Shown here: positions 8,977-18,736 of the stretch, piece by piece
How positions within the stretch are numbered: the stretch's first letter is position 1
Layout of the letters: each line of letters starts with the position of its first letter
Source: an uncultured beta proteobacterium
GTDB taxonomy: Bacteria > Pseudomonadota > Gammaproteobacteria > Burkholderiales > Casimicrobiaceae
Reading direction: 5' to 3'
NCBI GenBank assembly: GCA_963829375.1
Contig: CAWHIS010000018.1
Coordinates: forward strand, 46,992 to 110,991
DNA length: 64,000 nt
Position numbers and translations under genes: made by a program
The notes under the pieces: model-generated
What the model saw: the letters and a program-made list of their open reading frames with translations, nothing else
Databases searched by the model: none
What the model was told of the DNA's origin: nothing

Positions 8977-10137
8977 TCATTTCTTGGCGGCCGCAACCTG
9001 CGACGGCTGGACCGCGTCACCCGTATGGTTGCCCCACGCGTTGCGCTCGTAGGTCACCACCGCTGCGATATCTGTGTTCGAAAGCGTGTTCTTCCACGGC
9101 ACCATCGCAGTGGGTTGCCCATTCTTGACGACACCATTGAGCACCGTATCGAGATGGGCGGCAACGGGACCGGTCGCGATCTTGGAGCCATCCAGCGGCG
9201 GAAACGCGGGCGGCACGCCTTTGCCGTTCGCTTGATGGCATGCCACGCAATTCGCTGCGTAGACCTTTTCTCCGTTCGCCATCAGGTCCTTGAGTTCCCA
9301 GACCTTGTTCGGATCTTCGGCGCCAGCCGCCGCCTTCTTCTTCTGCACCTCCAGCCACTGTGCGTAGGCCTCGGGCGTCTTCACCTCGACGACGACAGGC
9401 ATGAAGCCATGCTCCTTGCCACACAACTCTGCGCACTGACCGCGATAGATGCCGGGCGTGTCGGCCTTGAACCAGGAGTCGCGTACGAACCCGGGAATCG
9501 CGTCCTGCTTGACGCCGAATGCGGGCACCCACCAGGAATGGATCACGTCCCCTGCAGTGATGAGCACACGCACCTTCTTGCCGGTGGGTACGACGAGCGG
9601 CTGGTCGACGTCGAGCAGATAGTGCTCGCCCTTGGGGTCCTGATTGTGAATCTGCGTGTACGGCGTGGCCAGGTTGCTGACGAACGAGAAGCCGTGATCG
9701 AGATAGTCATATTGCCACTTCCATTGGAACCCGGTGACCTTGACCGTGATGTCGGGAACCGACGCGTCTTTCATGGCGAGAATGGTCTTCGTCGCCGGGA
9801 ACGCCATGAGCAGCAGGATCAGGAACGGAACGACCGTCCAGATGACTTCCACCGTCGTGTTTTCGTGGAACTGAGCGGCCTGATGCCCCTTGGACTTGCG
9901 ATGCGCGAAGATCGAATAGAACATCACCGAAAAAACGACGACGAAAATGACCGCGCAGATACCGGTGATCAGCAGGTGCAGATCGAAAATCTGCGACCCA
10001 ATGGGCGTGACCGGCGGCTGCAGGTTGTATTCCCGCTCCGCGGATGCCGTGCCCGACGCCAACACCGGCACCATCGCAAGCAGCACGCTCCCGAACTTGC
10101 GTCCACCTTCCCCCACTCCCACTTTGATGCGCTCCAT
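8977..10137 (-). CDS. coxB: cytochrome c oxidase subunit II with C-terminal cytochrome c domain
   Basis: 386 aa. CuA site VIHSWWVPAFG...GQCAELCGKEHGFMP, plus a C-terminal CVACHQANG heme c motif. Confidence 0.95.
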   Translation of the reverse strand: MERIKVGVGEGGRKFGSVLLAMVPVLASGTASAEREYNLQPPVTPIGSQIFDLHLLITGICAVIFVVVFSVMFYSIFAHRKSKGHQAAQFHENTTVEVIWTVVPFLILLLMAFPATKTILAMKDASVPDITVKVTGFQWKWQYDYLDHGFSFVSNLATPYTQIHNQDPKGEHYLLDVDQPLVVPTGKKVRVLITAGDVIHSWWVPAFGVKQDAIPGFVRDSWFKADTPGIYRGQCAELCGKEHGFMPVVVEVKTPEAYAQWLEVQKKKAAAGAEDPNKVWELKDLMANGEKVYAANCVACHQANGKGVPPAFPPLDGSKIATGPVAAHLDTVLNGVVKNGQPTAMVPWKNTLSNTDIAAVVTYERNAWGNHTGDAVQPSQVAAAKK

Positions 10138-10164
10138 TCTTCCCTCTAGAACGTCGATGATCCG

Positions 10165-10633
10165 CTAGCGCACGGCCAGGGCGCGGCGCAAGTCTTTGGC
10201 TGCATGCTCGCGTTCTGCCGCCGACAGGTCGTCGCCGAATGGAACGCGCTCGCCGGCCGAACAAAGTGCAAGCCGCGACACATCGCCGAATTTGCTGCGA
10301 TCCGATTCGAGGCGCGTCCAGCAGCGATTGAATTCGCGTCGGGACAGGACACCGGCGCGTTCGCGCTCGACGATCACGCAGGTCACCATGAACGGTGACC
10401 CGCTCCCAGTCGGCCGCATGCCTTTCGATCCAGCGGAAGGCCAGAAACAGCACCATCATTTCGAGCGCCGAATACGGCAGTACTAGCCATGCGCCAAACA
10501 TCGCGAACACCAGGGCGAGACCGAAAGAAACCACGCATAGCGCGGCGAAAATCAGCCAGCGGCCGCGCGACCCGAGCGAATCGTTGCGGCGCGACGTAAC
10601 GCGATAAGTGGCTTCGAAAGGAATGGATTGCAC
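10165..10633 (-). pseudogene. DUF2244 cox-associated integral membrane protein, split by a 1-nt frame disruption
   Basis: The N-terminal 85 aa (two TM helices, ...FRWIERHAADWERVTVHGD) are in one frame. The rest of the family domain (VIVERERAGVLSRREFNRCWTRLE...AKDLRRALAVR*) is in the +1 frame, ORF 10165-10419. GTG start at 10633. Confidence 0.75.
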
Positions 10634-10880
10634 AGCGTGGCAGCTTGAGTCAAAGGCGCAGCTTACGGCCCGCGCACGCGACCGCGTGCGGCGGCCTCGT
10701 GCGGGGTCCGCGGCGGTGCCACGGCGTCTCGTCGTTATCTTGGAAAAAACCCTCGAAATCTTAGCATGGATCGCCGCGCCGCGAAAAGGCGCTTCATTCG
10801 CTTTAAGAGCCGGCGCTTGCGGGGAAGAACACGCGTCCGGTCAACGTCAGTACCCGTGCCCGCCGCCACGACGCCATATG

Positions 10881-11810
10881 TCATCGCCGTGGGCGCTGCT
10901 CGAAGCGCACGATGGTGCGGCCGTCCGCGACAACGCGCGGCGCCGGTTTCCATGCATGACCGTAAATAACTTCAAATGAGGCCGGCAAGCGTCCCTCGTG
11001 GCGAAAATTTTCCAGCGCTTCGAGCATTCGGCGCCACCGTTCGCGTCCCATCATGCCGCGCGGGCGAGCCGCGGTCACGTTGTGCGCGCCCAGCGCCTTC
11101 AACTCACGCATGAGCGCAGTTGCATCGGCGTAGGTCAGAGTCAGCATTTCCATATCCATCACCGGATCGGCAAAGCCGGCTTCCACGAGCATGTCGCCCA
11201 GATCGTGCATGTCGAAGAAGCGGTTGACGTGCGTCGCTTCGTCGATCGTCGCAAACGCGATGCGTAATTCACGGAGCGTGTCGGGACCCAACGTCGTAAA
11301 GGAAAGCAGTCCGCCAACGCCGAGCACGCGATAAAATTCGGCGAAGGCCTGTGGTGGCGCGTTCACCCATTGCAACGCCAGGTTGCTCCATGCGAGGTCG
11401 ATGCAGCCGGTTTTCAGCGGCAGCGCCAGGATGTCGCCGCACACAATGCCCGTTTCCGGCGCTGCGGTCGCGGCACGCGGCCCCAACAGACGTGCGAGCA
11501 GCGAGCGCTCGGCGACAACGGCTGGCATCGATCGCCGCCGTGCGGCGAGCGTCATGTTCCGGGCGAAGTCGAGACCGACGAGCCGCGCAGCTGGATAACG
11601 TGCCTGCAGCTCGCCGAGGGCGTCGCCCGTACCGCAGCCTGCGTCCAGGACTGTGCCAGGAGTCAGCTTGATGATGCCAAGGCGCTCCGCCATCCGCGCG
11701 GCGACTTCGCGTTGCAGAACTGCCGCAGGGTCGCAGGTTCCTGCTGCACGCTCGAATGCACGGCGTACCAGGCGCCGATCGAGTGCGGCGGGATGTGGTT
11801 CGGTGGTCAT
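10881..11810 (-). CDS. bioC: malonyl-ACP O-methyltransferase (BioC-like class I SAM methyltransferase)
   Basis: 309 aa. N-terminal VRRAFERAA...AAVLQREVA..M, SAM motif VLDAGCGTGDA, and LAWSNLALQW. Conserved neighbourhood next to comF. Confidence 0.75.
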   Translation of the reverse strand: MTTEPHPAALDRRLVRRAFERAAGTCDPAAVLQREVAARMAERLGIIKLTPGTVLDAGCGTGDALGELQARYPAARLVGLDFARNMTLAARRRSMPAVVAERSLLARLLGPRAATAAPETGIVCGDILALPLKTGCIDLAWSNLALQWVNAPPQAFAEFYRVLGVGGLLSFTTLGPDTLRELRIAFATIDEATHVNRFFDMHDLGDMLVEAGFADPVMDMEMLTLTYADATALMRELKALGAHNVTAARPRGMMGRERWRRMLEALENFRHEGRLPASFEVIYGHAWKPAPRVVADGRTIVRFEQRPRR

Positions 11811-12104
11811 CGCAAGACAGATCGGCGCGCGGCCGCAAGAGCTTCATTGCCGTCACCGACGCGAGGCGCGCGCCGCGTCGGACTCGCGCTCAGGCCCGCA
11901 CGTCGCGCGGCTCAGCCGATTGCGCCCGCTCGATGAGGCCCGAATCCGTCCGCGACGACCTCGGGAATGCCAGGCGTGAGCGGCTTCTGGCGGCAAAAAA
12001 CCACCGCCTCGAACAATGAGAATGCTTTGCTGATGCCGACGGTGGAATGCACGGGCCGGGAGTGGGCGTTAGACTAGAGGCAAGTTTCGAGGAGAGGACC
12101 TGCG

Positions 12105-12839
12105 TTGTCAAACTTCTTGGCCGCTGCATTGCGCGGTGTCCGCCGGAGCGCGCTGGACGCGGCGCGGCTCGCGTTACCACAACGTTGCGAACTCTGCGCC
12201 GACCCTTCCGGCACCGCCCTGCTCTGTAGCGCGTGCATGCGTGACCTCCCTCGCATCGAGGCCGCGTGCACTGTCTGTGCATTGCCCGCGCCAGGCAGTC
12301 TGATCTGCGGCCGCTGTCTCGCGCACCCGCCGCCCTTCGACGCGACGACGTCTGCCTACGCATACGCTTTTCCCGTCGACCGTCTCGTCCAGTCATTCAA
12401 GTATCAGGCGCGACTTGCGCTTGCCGAATGGTGCGCCGAGGCCATTGTCGCTGCTCGCGCACAAGTCGCCGCTCCTGCGCCGCCATACGTTGTCGCGATG
12501 CCGCTCGCTGCGGTGCGGCAGCGTGAGCGCGGGTTCAACCAGGCGGCAGAAATAGCCCGTGCAGTCGCGACACGCCTCGGCGCGGCGGTGATCGGTGCAG
12601 GCATTTACCGCACTCGCGCCACCGCGCCGCAGGCGGCATTGCCTTGGGAGGAACGCGCGTCGAACATCCGCGGCGCCTTTGCGTGCACGGTCAACCTCTC
12701 GGGAATGGACATCGCCGTCGTCGATGACGTCATGACGACCGGAGCATCGCTCGCGGAACTTGCGCGAACGCTCAAGGCGGCCGGCGCAGCACGCGTCGAG
12801 AACTGGGTGGTTGCGCGAACACCGCCGCCTGGTCGCTAA
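12105..12839 (+). CDS. comF: ComF family protein (phosphoribosyltransferase domain)
   Basis: 244 aa with a TTG start. N-terminal 4-Cys zinc finger (CELC...CSAC...CTVC...CGRC) and C-terminal PRTase motif VVDDVMTTGASL. Confidence 0.85.
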   Translation: MSNFLAAALRGVRRSALDAARLALPQRCELCADPSGTALLCSACMRDLPRIEAACTVCALPAPGSLICGRCLAHPPPFDATTSAYAYAFPVDRLVQSFKYQARLALAEWCAEAIVAARAQVAAPAPPYVVAMPLAAVRQRERGFNQAAEIARAVATRLGAAVIGAGIYRTRATAPQAALPWEERASNIRGAFACTVNLSGMDIAVVDDVMTTGASLAELARTLKAAGAARVENWVVARTPPPGR

Positions 12840-12847
12840 CGAAGCTG

Positions 12848-13321
12848 ATGGTCGCGATCGTCCTGGTGCATCCCGAAATCCCGCCCAATACCGGCAATGT
12901 TATCCGGCTTGCGGCGAACACGGGCGCCGAGTTGCATCTGGTCGAACCGCTTGGATTTCGTCTCGACGACCGGGAGCTCAAGCGTGCGGGGCTCGATTAC
13001 CACGAGTACACGCGCCTGGTCGTGCATCGCGACTGGCACGTTTGCCGTGCCGCAATCGATGCGCCGCGCAAGCGTCGGTGGCACGCCATGACAACGCGGG
13101 GCAGCTGCTCGCTCTACGAGTGCAGCCTGCAGCCCGAGGACGTTCTCGTTTTCGGCTGCGAGACGGGCGGACTGCCGGAGACGATACTCGACGAATTCGC
13201 GCCGGAGGCACGTCTGCGCATTCCTATGCTGCCCCGCATGCGCAGCATCAATCTCTCGAACGCGGTCGCGATCGCCGTTTACGAGGCATGGCGACAGACC
13301 GGATTTACCGGAGCAACATAG
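12848..13321 (+). CDS. trmL: tRNA (cytidine/uridine(34)-2'-O)-methyltransferase
   Basis: 157 aa SpoU/TrmL: VLVHPEIPPNTGNVIRL, LVFG.E..GLP, RSINLSNAVAIAVYEAWRQ. Confidence 0.9.
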   Translation: MVAIVLVHPEIPPNTGNVIRLAANTGAELHLVEPLGFRLDDRELKRAGLDYHEYTRLVVHRDWHVCRAAIDAPRKRRWHAMTTRGSCSLYECSLQPEDVLVFGCETGGLPETILDEFAPEARLRIPMLPRMRSINLSNAVAIAVYEAWRQTGFTGAT

Positions 13322-13355
13322 ATTCCCCGTTCTGCCGCATTATCAACCCTGCCCG

Positions 13356-14366
13356 TCAATCGAATTCGCGGCTGGGTTCGCGGGCGAGCAGCGATGCTAC
13401 GGCGCGCTTGGGCGAAAGGTTTTCGTAAAGCACGCGATAGACCGCCGACGCGATCGGCATTTCGATGCCCAGTACCGCAGACAGCGAGTGCACTGCTTTT
13501 GCCGCCGCGACACCTTCGGCAACGTGCCCGATCGTGGCGAGTATTTCCGCCAGCGAAGTCCCGCGTGCAAGGCCAAGTCCGACACGACGATTGCGTGACA
13601 GGTCACCCGTGCAGGTCAACACCAGGTCGCCCAGCCCGGCGAGTCCCATGAGCGTTTCGCGCTTGCCGCCCAAGGCCATCGACAGCCGCCCGGTTTCCGC
13701 CAGGCCCCGGGTGACCAGCGCAGCGCGCGCATTGTGGCCGAAGCCGAGCCCATCGCTGGCACCGGCGGCGATGGCCAGCACGTTCTTCACCGCACCGCCG
13801 ACCTCGACACCCGTAATATCGTCGCTGACATACGCTCGCAACGAGTCGCCTCGCAGACGGCGCGCGAGCCGTTCGGCGAAATCGGCATCGGTGGCCGCCA
13901 CGCTGATCGCGGTCGGCCGTCCCGCGGCGACCTCTTCGGCAAAACTCGGCCCGGAAATCACTGCGACCGGCGCGCGCCACCGCGGCCCGATCACGCGATG
14001 GGCAAGCGCAACGCCGGCGGGCGCCGTGGCATCGGGAACGAAGCCTTTCCCAAGCCACGCAAGCGGCGCCCCGGTCTGGTGACGAATCGCGTCCACGACC
14101 TCCAACAGACCTGCGATCGGCGTCGCAACGATGACAATTGCCGCCGCGGCAATGGCAGCAGCGGGGTCGGTTGCAATCAAGATTTGATGCGGAAGGACGA
14201 AGCCCGGCAGATAACGCATGTTTTCGCGACCTTCCTGCATTGCTTGAGCCTGCCGGCCGTCGCGGGCGCAGAGCACGATGGCCGGCGGCGTGGGCGTCCG
14301 CGCCAGGTGCACGGCGAGCGCCGTGCCCCAAGCCCCGGCGCCAAGAATGGCAACCGTCTCTGTCAT
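13356..14366 (-). CDS. gpsA: NAD(P)H-dependent glycerol-3-phosphate dehydrogenase
   Basis: Start taken at MTETVAILGAGAWGTALA (ATG 14366). Motifs GPSFAEEV, KNVLAIAAG and LTCTGDLSRNRRVG. Confidence 0.93.
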   Translation of the reverse strand: MTETVAILGAGAWGTALAVHLARTPTPPAIVLCARDGRQAQAMQEGRENMRYLPGFVLPHQILIATDPAAAIAAAAIVIVATPIAGLLEVVDAIRHQTGAPLAWLGKGFVPDATAPAGVALAHRVIGPRWRAPVAVISGPSFAEEVAAGRPTAISVAATDADFAERLARRLRGDSLRAYVSDDITGVEVGGAVKNVLAIAAGASDGLGFGHNARAALVTRGLAETGRLSMALGGKRETLMGLAGLGDLVLTCTGDLSRNRRVGLGLARGTSLAEILATIGHVAEGVAAAKAVHSLSAVLGIEMPIASAVYRVLYENLSPKRAVASLLAREPSREFD

Positions 14367-14438
14367 CGGGTTGGTGTGATCGGCTCGCGGTCCCACACAG
14401 GGTCGACGCGTTGTCGACCGGGCTCTCGCGCAAACGGG

Positions 14439-14885
14439 CTAGACGCCCCAGACCTGCGCAATGCGGACATAGCCGACTTGCCCGTCGCGATGCCGCACTT
14501 TCACCCAGCCCGGCGTCGTGGCGACATACGTGGTATCAGCGATTTCAAGCAATACGTTTTGCTCGGCCTTGAACACCAGAGGCGCAGTGTCGGCCGGACT
14601 GGCAAGGATCTCCGCGACCGCGGTCCGCACGACGATCATGCGCCTGTCGCCGACAGTCTTCTTGTCGACCCATGCCACGGTACCACCTGCGTCGCGGACC
14701 TTCATCCATCCCTCGACGTTGACGATCAGTTCGAGCGGAATGTCGCGACCGAGCACAAACAGCGGGCGCGCCTTGGCGGAAGGTGCGTCGTACATCACGG
14801 TGACGTCGGTCGTCGAATGAAACTCCGCCGCCCACGCGCTGCCGCCCAACGCGAACAGGACGACCAGGCCCGCGGTGTGGCGCAT
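14439..14885 (-). CDS. secreted SH3 domain-containing protein
   Basis: 148 aa. Signal peptide ending AWA-AE, then two SH3_3-like units (GW.KVR...G..G.V). Confidence 0.6.
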   Translation of the reverse strand: MRHTAGLVVLFALGGSAWAAEFHSTTDVTVMYDAPSAKARPLFVLGRDIPLELIVNVEGWMKVRDAGGTVAWVDKKTVGDRRMIVVRTAVAEILASPADTAPLVFKAEQNVLLEIADTTYVATTPGWVKVRHRDGQVGYVRIAQVWGV

Positions 14886-14890
14886 TGCGC

Positions 14891-15367
14891 CTAGCTCGGG
14901 ATCGGCGACGCCGCCGGTTGCTGCTGCAGATTGGCGAGTTGCTGCTGATAGAGCAACTCAAAATTGATTGGATCGAGATGCACCGGGGGGAACCCCGCGC
15001 GTGAAATCGCATCGGCAATCGTCTCGCGGACATATGGGAACAGCACGTTCGGGCAATGAATCCCCATGATCGGCTGCATGTCCACCATCGGAACGCCTTG
15101 GATGCGAAAGAGCCCGGCTTGCGCCGCTTCGACGAGGAATAGCGTCTTGTCCCCGGCCTTTGCCGTGACGGTGACGGTGAGCACGCACTCGAAGACGTTC
15201 TCGTCGACCTGCTCGCCCCGCGTGCGCAGGCCGACCTCGACGTTAGGCGCCACGTTGGTAAGGAAGGATTGCGGCGCGCCCGGATTCTCCAGCGACAGAT
15301 CCTTGACGTAGATCTTCTCGATGGCAAATGTCGCGGCGTTTTGGGGTTGTGGGTCGGCCATGCTCAT
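14891..15367 (-). CDS. secB: protein-export chaperone SecB
   Basis: 158 aa: IEKIYVKDLSLENP..., CPNVLFPYVRETIADAISRAGFPPVHL. Confidence 0.93.
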   Translation of the reverse strand: MSMADPQPQNAATFAIEKIYVKDLSLENPGAPQSFLTNVAPNVEVGLRTRGEQVDENVFECVLTVTVTAKAGDKTLFLVEAAQAGLFRIQGVPMVDMQPIMGIHCPNVLFPYVRETIADAISRAGFPPVHLDPINFELLYQQQLANLQQQPAASPIPS

Positions 15368-15427
15368 CCCTGGGGACTTGGCAAAGCGTCGAATTATAGC
15401 GCACTCGCGCGGTGCGCCCTGAACCGT

Positions 15428-15694
15428 TCAGGCGGCCGCGCCGGCGAGCAGCGCCTGGAGTTTGCCGGCACGGTCAAGTACGACCAGATCGTCGTATCCG
15501 CCGACGTGGACGTCACCAATATAGATCTGCGGCACCGTGCGGCGACCGGTCTTCTGCATCATTTCCACTCGGCGAGCAGGTTCCAGGTCGACGCGGACCC
15601 TGGCGATGTCGGCGACCCCTCTGGCGCGGAGCAGCTGTTCTGCTCGAACACAGTACGGACAGACCGCGGTCGAGTACATCATCACTTCAGCCAT
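15428..15694 (-). CDS. grxC: glutaredoxin 3
   Basis: 88 aa from the ATG at 15694. CPYC active site, TVPQIYIG..HVGGYDDL. Confidence 0.92.
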   Translation of the reverse strand: MAEVMMYSTAVCPYCVRAEQLLRARGVADIARVRVDLEPARRVEMMQKTGRRTVPQIYIGDVHVGGYDDLVVLDRAGKLQALLAGAAA

Positions 15695-15719
15695 CAGGCT
15701 AGGTTCCTTAGGCGCGAGC

Positions 15720-16148
15720 TCATCCCTTCTCGAGAGGCATGCCCGCTTCCGACCATGCACGCAGACCGCCATGCAGCGTGAATACCTCGGTGAATCCCAG
15801 TTTGCTTAGCGCCGCCGCGGCGATGCGGCTGCGGTTGCCGCGGTCGCAGTACGCGATGATGGGCCTGCCGATGAACTTGGCGAGTTCCTGTCCGCGCGCC
15901 GCGAGTTGCGACGAGGGAATGTGCAGCGCGTTTGGCACGCGCCCCGCGGCGAATTCGCTCGGCTCACGGAGGTCGAGAATCACTGCGTTCTGGCGATTGA
16001 TAAGCTGGGTGGCGGCAACGGCGCCGACTTCGCGTACCCGCGACAGATGACCCTGGAGAAGAGGCCAGATCAGCATCGAACCCGAAACGACCAGCACCAG
16101 AACGAGTGGCCAGTTGGCAATGATGAAAGCGATGGGCTGTGGGTACAT
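15720..16148 (-). CDS. rhodanese-like domain-containing membrane-anchored protein
   Basis: 142 aa from the ATG at 16148. N-terminal TM helix, rhodanese fold with active-site loop YCDRGNRS. Confidence 0.8.
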   Translation of the reverse strand: MYPQPIAFIIANWPLVLVLVVSGSMLIWPLLQGHLSRVREVGAVAATQLINRQNAVILDLREPSEFAAGRVPNALHIPSSQLAARGQELAKFIGRPIIAYCDRGNRSRIAAAALSKLGFTEVFTLHGGLRAWSEAGMPLEKG

Positions 16149-16473
16149 TGGTAAATGATTGCGGTGAAGGAACCACCGGAAATGATAGCGCAAGCGGGCG
16201 GCTCCCGCGGTGACGACCTGGGCGACTCGCACAATCGAGCGTGCCGATGGAACTGCAGGCCGCCAGTGTGGTCCACGTCATGGTGGCAGGTCCAGGTCGG
16301 GCAGATTTCGGCTGGACATCCCAAGATGCGGCTACCGGCAGTCGGCACCGGCGCGCCGCAGGGTGCCCTGCGAAGTGTCCTGAAAACCGGCGTATACTTC
16401 TCAGTCCAGATGTTCCAACTACGGGTCGCGGTCGATCTGAAGGGGTCGCGCCGCGGGAAACGACGAGGCAGAC

Positions 16474-17910
16474 ATGGGTAATGGCTGGAAAAAGGCCGGA
16501 CTGATCGGTCTGGGCGCGGTACTCGGGCTGTTGCTCAGCCTGAACTTCTCTGCATTGGCCGATCGCGAGACCCGGCTGCCGATTCCTTACGAAGACCTGC
16601 AATTGTTCTCTGCCGTCTTCGGTCGCATCAAGAGCGACTATGTTGAACCAGTCGCCGATGAAAAGCTCATCAAGGAAGCCATCAATGGCATGGTCCATGG
16701 ACTGGACCCGCATTCGGACTTCCTCGATGCCGATGCCTACAAGGAATTGCAGATATCCACGCAGGGCAAGTTCGGTGGCCTGGGCATCGAAGTTGGCGTG
16801 GAAGACGGCTTCATCAAGGTGGTCTCCCCCATCGAAGATACCCCCGCCTTTCGCGCCGGGGTCAAGGCCGGTGACCTGATCGTCAAGATCGACGACACGG
16901 CCACCCGCGGATTGCCACTTTCCGCCGCCGTGGACAAGATGCGCGGCAAGCCAGGCACCCAGATCACGTTGACGGTCGCACGCAAGGACGTCGACCTGCC
17001 GCTGACATTCACGCTGACCCGCGAAATCATCAACGTTCGCAGCGTGCGCGCCAAGATGATCGAGCCCGGTTACGGCTATTTGCGCGTCGTGCAGTTCCAG
17101 GAACGCACCGGCGAGGACATGGCCAAGGCGTTGCGCGACTTGTACAAGCAGGGCGATCTTACCGGGTTGGTGCTCGACTTGCGCGGTGATCCCGGCGGGT
17201 TGCTCAACGTTTCGGTCGGCGTTGCGGCAGCTTTCCTGCCGCCGGATGCACTCGTGGTCTACACCGACGGCCGAACCCCGGATGCGCGGATGCGCCTTTC
17301 GGCGACCAAGAGCGACTACCTTCGCGGCCGCGGTGATGATTACCTGAAGGACTTGCCACCCGCTCTGAAGAAAGTGCCCATCGTGGTGCTCGTCGACGGT
17401 GGCACGGCTTCGGCGTCGGAAATCGTCGCAGGCGCGCTCCAGGATCACAAGCGCGCCGTCGTCATGGGCGCGCAGACTTTCGGCAAAGGCTCGGTGCAGA
17501 CCATCCTCCCGCTCGGTCCCAACGCGGGCCTGAAGCTAACGACTGCGCGCTACTACACGCCAAGCGGTCGATCGATTCAGGCGAAAGGCATCGAGCCTGA
17601 CGTCGCGGTGGACGACGGCCGGGATTCGCAGAACCGCCTGCGCGAGGCGAACCTCGATCACCACCTCGTCGACGGCAAGTCTGCCGCCACGATTGCCAAG
17701 GCGGACGAAGCATCGAAGCAGAAGGCAAAGACGAGCGCCGACAAGGATGCAGACAATGCCTCGCAGAAGGACGCGGCGGATCCCTCGCGTACGCGGCTCG
17801 AATACGGTTCAGCGGACGATTTCCAGTTGAAACAGGCGCTAAATCAGCTCAAGGGCTTGCCTGTGATCGCGTCATCGAAGTCTATCGCGGCCCAGGCCAA
17901 GCCCCAGTAG
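16474..17910 (+). CDS. ctpA: S41 family carboxy-terminal processing peptidase
   Basis: 478 aa. PDZ segment (GGLGIEV...V.SPIEDTPA.RAGVKAGDLI), catalytic GTASASEI and TFGKGSVQ motifs. Confidence 0.92.
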   Translation: MGNGWKKAGLIGLGAVLGLLLSLNFSALADRETRLPIPYEDLQLFSAVFGRIKSDYVEPVADEKLIKEAINGMVHGLDPHSDFLDADAYKELQISTQGKFGGLGIEVGVEDGFIKVVSPIEDTPAFRAGVKAGDLIVKIDDTATRGLPLSAAVDKMRGKPGTQITLTVARKDVDLPLTFTLTREIINVRSVRAKMIEPGYGYLRVVQFQERTGEDMAKALRDLYKQGDLTGLVLDLRGDPGGLLNVSVGVAAAFLPPDALVVYTDGRTPDARMRLSATKSDYLRGRGDDYLKDLPPALKKVPIVVLVDGGTASASEIVAGALQDHKRAVVMGAQTFGKGSVQTILPLGPNAGLKLTTARYYTPSGRSIQAKGIEPDVAVDDGRDSQNRLREANLDHHLVDGKSAATIAKADEASKQKAKTSADKDADNASQKDAADPSRTRLEYGSADDFQLKQALNQLKGLPVIASSKSIAAQAKPQ

Positions 17911-17931
17911 ATCGCCGACCAGCAGCGAACG

Positions 17932-17959
17932 AAAACGCCCGGTTCGCCCGGGCGTTTTT
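17932..17959 (+). terminator. rho-independent terminator after ctpA
   Basis: Stem cgcccgg (17936-17942) pairs with ccgggcg (17948-17954), loop ttcgc, followed by TTTTT (17955-17959). It lies 22 nt after the ctpA stop. Confidence 0.75.
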
Positions 17960-17980
17960 CCTTGGCTCCACCCGCGTCGA

Positions 17981-18736
17981 ATGGATGACACGCAGCTTCT
18001 CCGCTACAGCCGCCACATCCTGTTGCCCGAGCTGGGCGTCGATGCGCAGGAGCGATTCGCCCGCGCGCATGCGCTTATCGTCGGCGTGGGCGGCCTGGGC
18101 AATCCCGTTGCGCAATTTCTCGCGGCCGCGGGCGTCCGTACCCTCACTCTGGTCGACGGCGATCAGGTCGACCTCACCAACTTGCAGCGCCAGATTCTGT
18201 TCGATACGGGCGCCATCGGCCGCAACAAGGTCGAGGCCGCGGGCGAGCGCATCGCGGCCGTCAATCCGGAAGTTCGAGTCGTCGAGATCGCCGCACGCAT
18301 CGGCGACTCCGGACTCGAGCCGCTCGCCAGAGCTGCCGACGTAATCGTCGATTGCTCCGACAACTTCGCGACGCGGCACGCGGTGAATCGTGCCAGCGTC
18401 GCCGCGAAAAAGCCGCTCGTCTCGGGCGCAGCGATTCGTTTCGACGCTCAGTTCGCCGTCTTCGACCCGCGCGACCCGACAAGCCCTTGCTACCATTGTC
18501 TGTTCGGCGAGGGCGACGAGTTCGAGGAGACGCGTTGCGCGACCATGGGCGTGTTCGCGCCGCTGGTAGGCATCATCGGCGCGACGCAGGCCGCCGAGGC
18601 ACTCAAGTTGATCGCGGGCGTAGGGAAGCCCATGGCGGGACGCCTGCTGCTGCTCGATGCGCTGGCGATGGAGTGGCGCGAGGTGATCGTGCGCAGGGAC
18701 CCGCACTGTCCCGTCTGCGGACCGGGGCGCCGGTGA
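17981..18736 (+). CDS. moeB: molybdopterin-synthase adenylyltransferase (HesA/MoeB/ThiF family)
   Basis: 251 aa: RYSRHILLPE.G..QE, GVGGLG, DNF.TR, CYHCLF...C and CPVCG zinc site. Confidence 0.85.
   Translation: MDDTQLLRYSRHILLPELGVDAQERFARAHALIVGVGGLGNPVAQFLAAAGVRTLTLVDGDQVDLTNLQRQILFDTGAIGRNKVEAAGERIAAVNPEVRVVEIAARIGDSGLEPLARAADVIVDCSDNFATRHAVNRASVAAKKPLVSGAAIRFDAQFAVFDPRDPTSPCYHCLFGEGDEFEETRCATMGVFAPLVGIIGATQAAEALKLIAGVGKPMAGRLLLLDALAMEWREVIVRRDPHCPVCGPGRR

Noticed and set aside
7320-9020. 566-aa minus-strand ORF overlapping ctaD in another frame
   Set aside because: ctaD (7349-8947) has unmistakable heme-copper oxidase motifs. The alternative frame is Arg/Pro/Asp-rich nonsense.
9707-10633. 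308-aa ORF taken at face value as a long DUF2244 protein overlapping coxB
   Set aside because: Only the first 85 aa resemble the family. The remainder overlaps coxB in another frame. The true C-terminal half is in ORF 10165-10419 (see the frameshift finding).
10645-10653. TTGAGTCAA palindrome 12 nt upstream of the cox operon leader gene, considered as an FNR/CRP-type site
   Set aside because: It is only 9 bp with 1-nt spacing, whereas FNR boxes are TTGAT-N4-ATCAA. It is too close to the start codon to be an activator site.
16149-16473. 325-bp gap between the divergent rhodanese and ctpA genes, examined for a gene remnant or RNA
   Set aside because: Neither strand gives an ORF with recognisable similarity. 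I saw no strong hairpins or repeats. It is most simply a divergent promoter region.
15964-17448. 494-aa ORF on the minus strand
   Set aside because: It is entirely antisense to the well-supported ctpA gene. The composition is Arg/Ala/Gly-rich with no family motifs. This is a typical shadow ORF of high-GC DNA.
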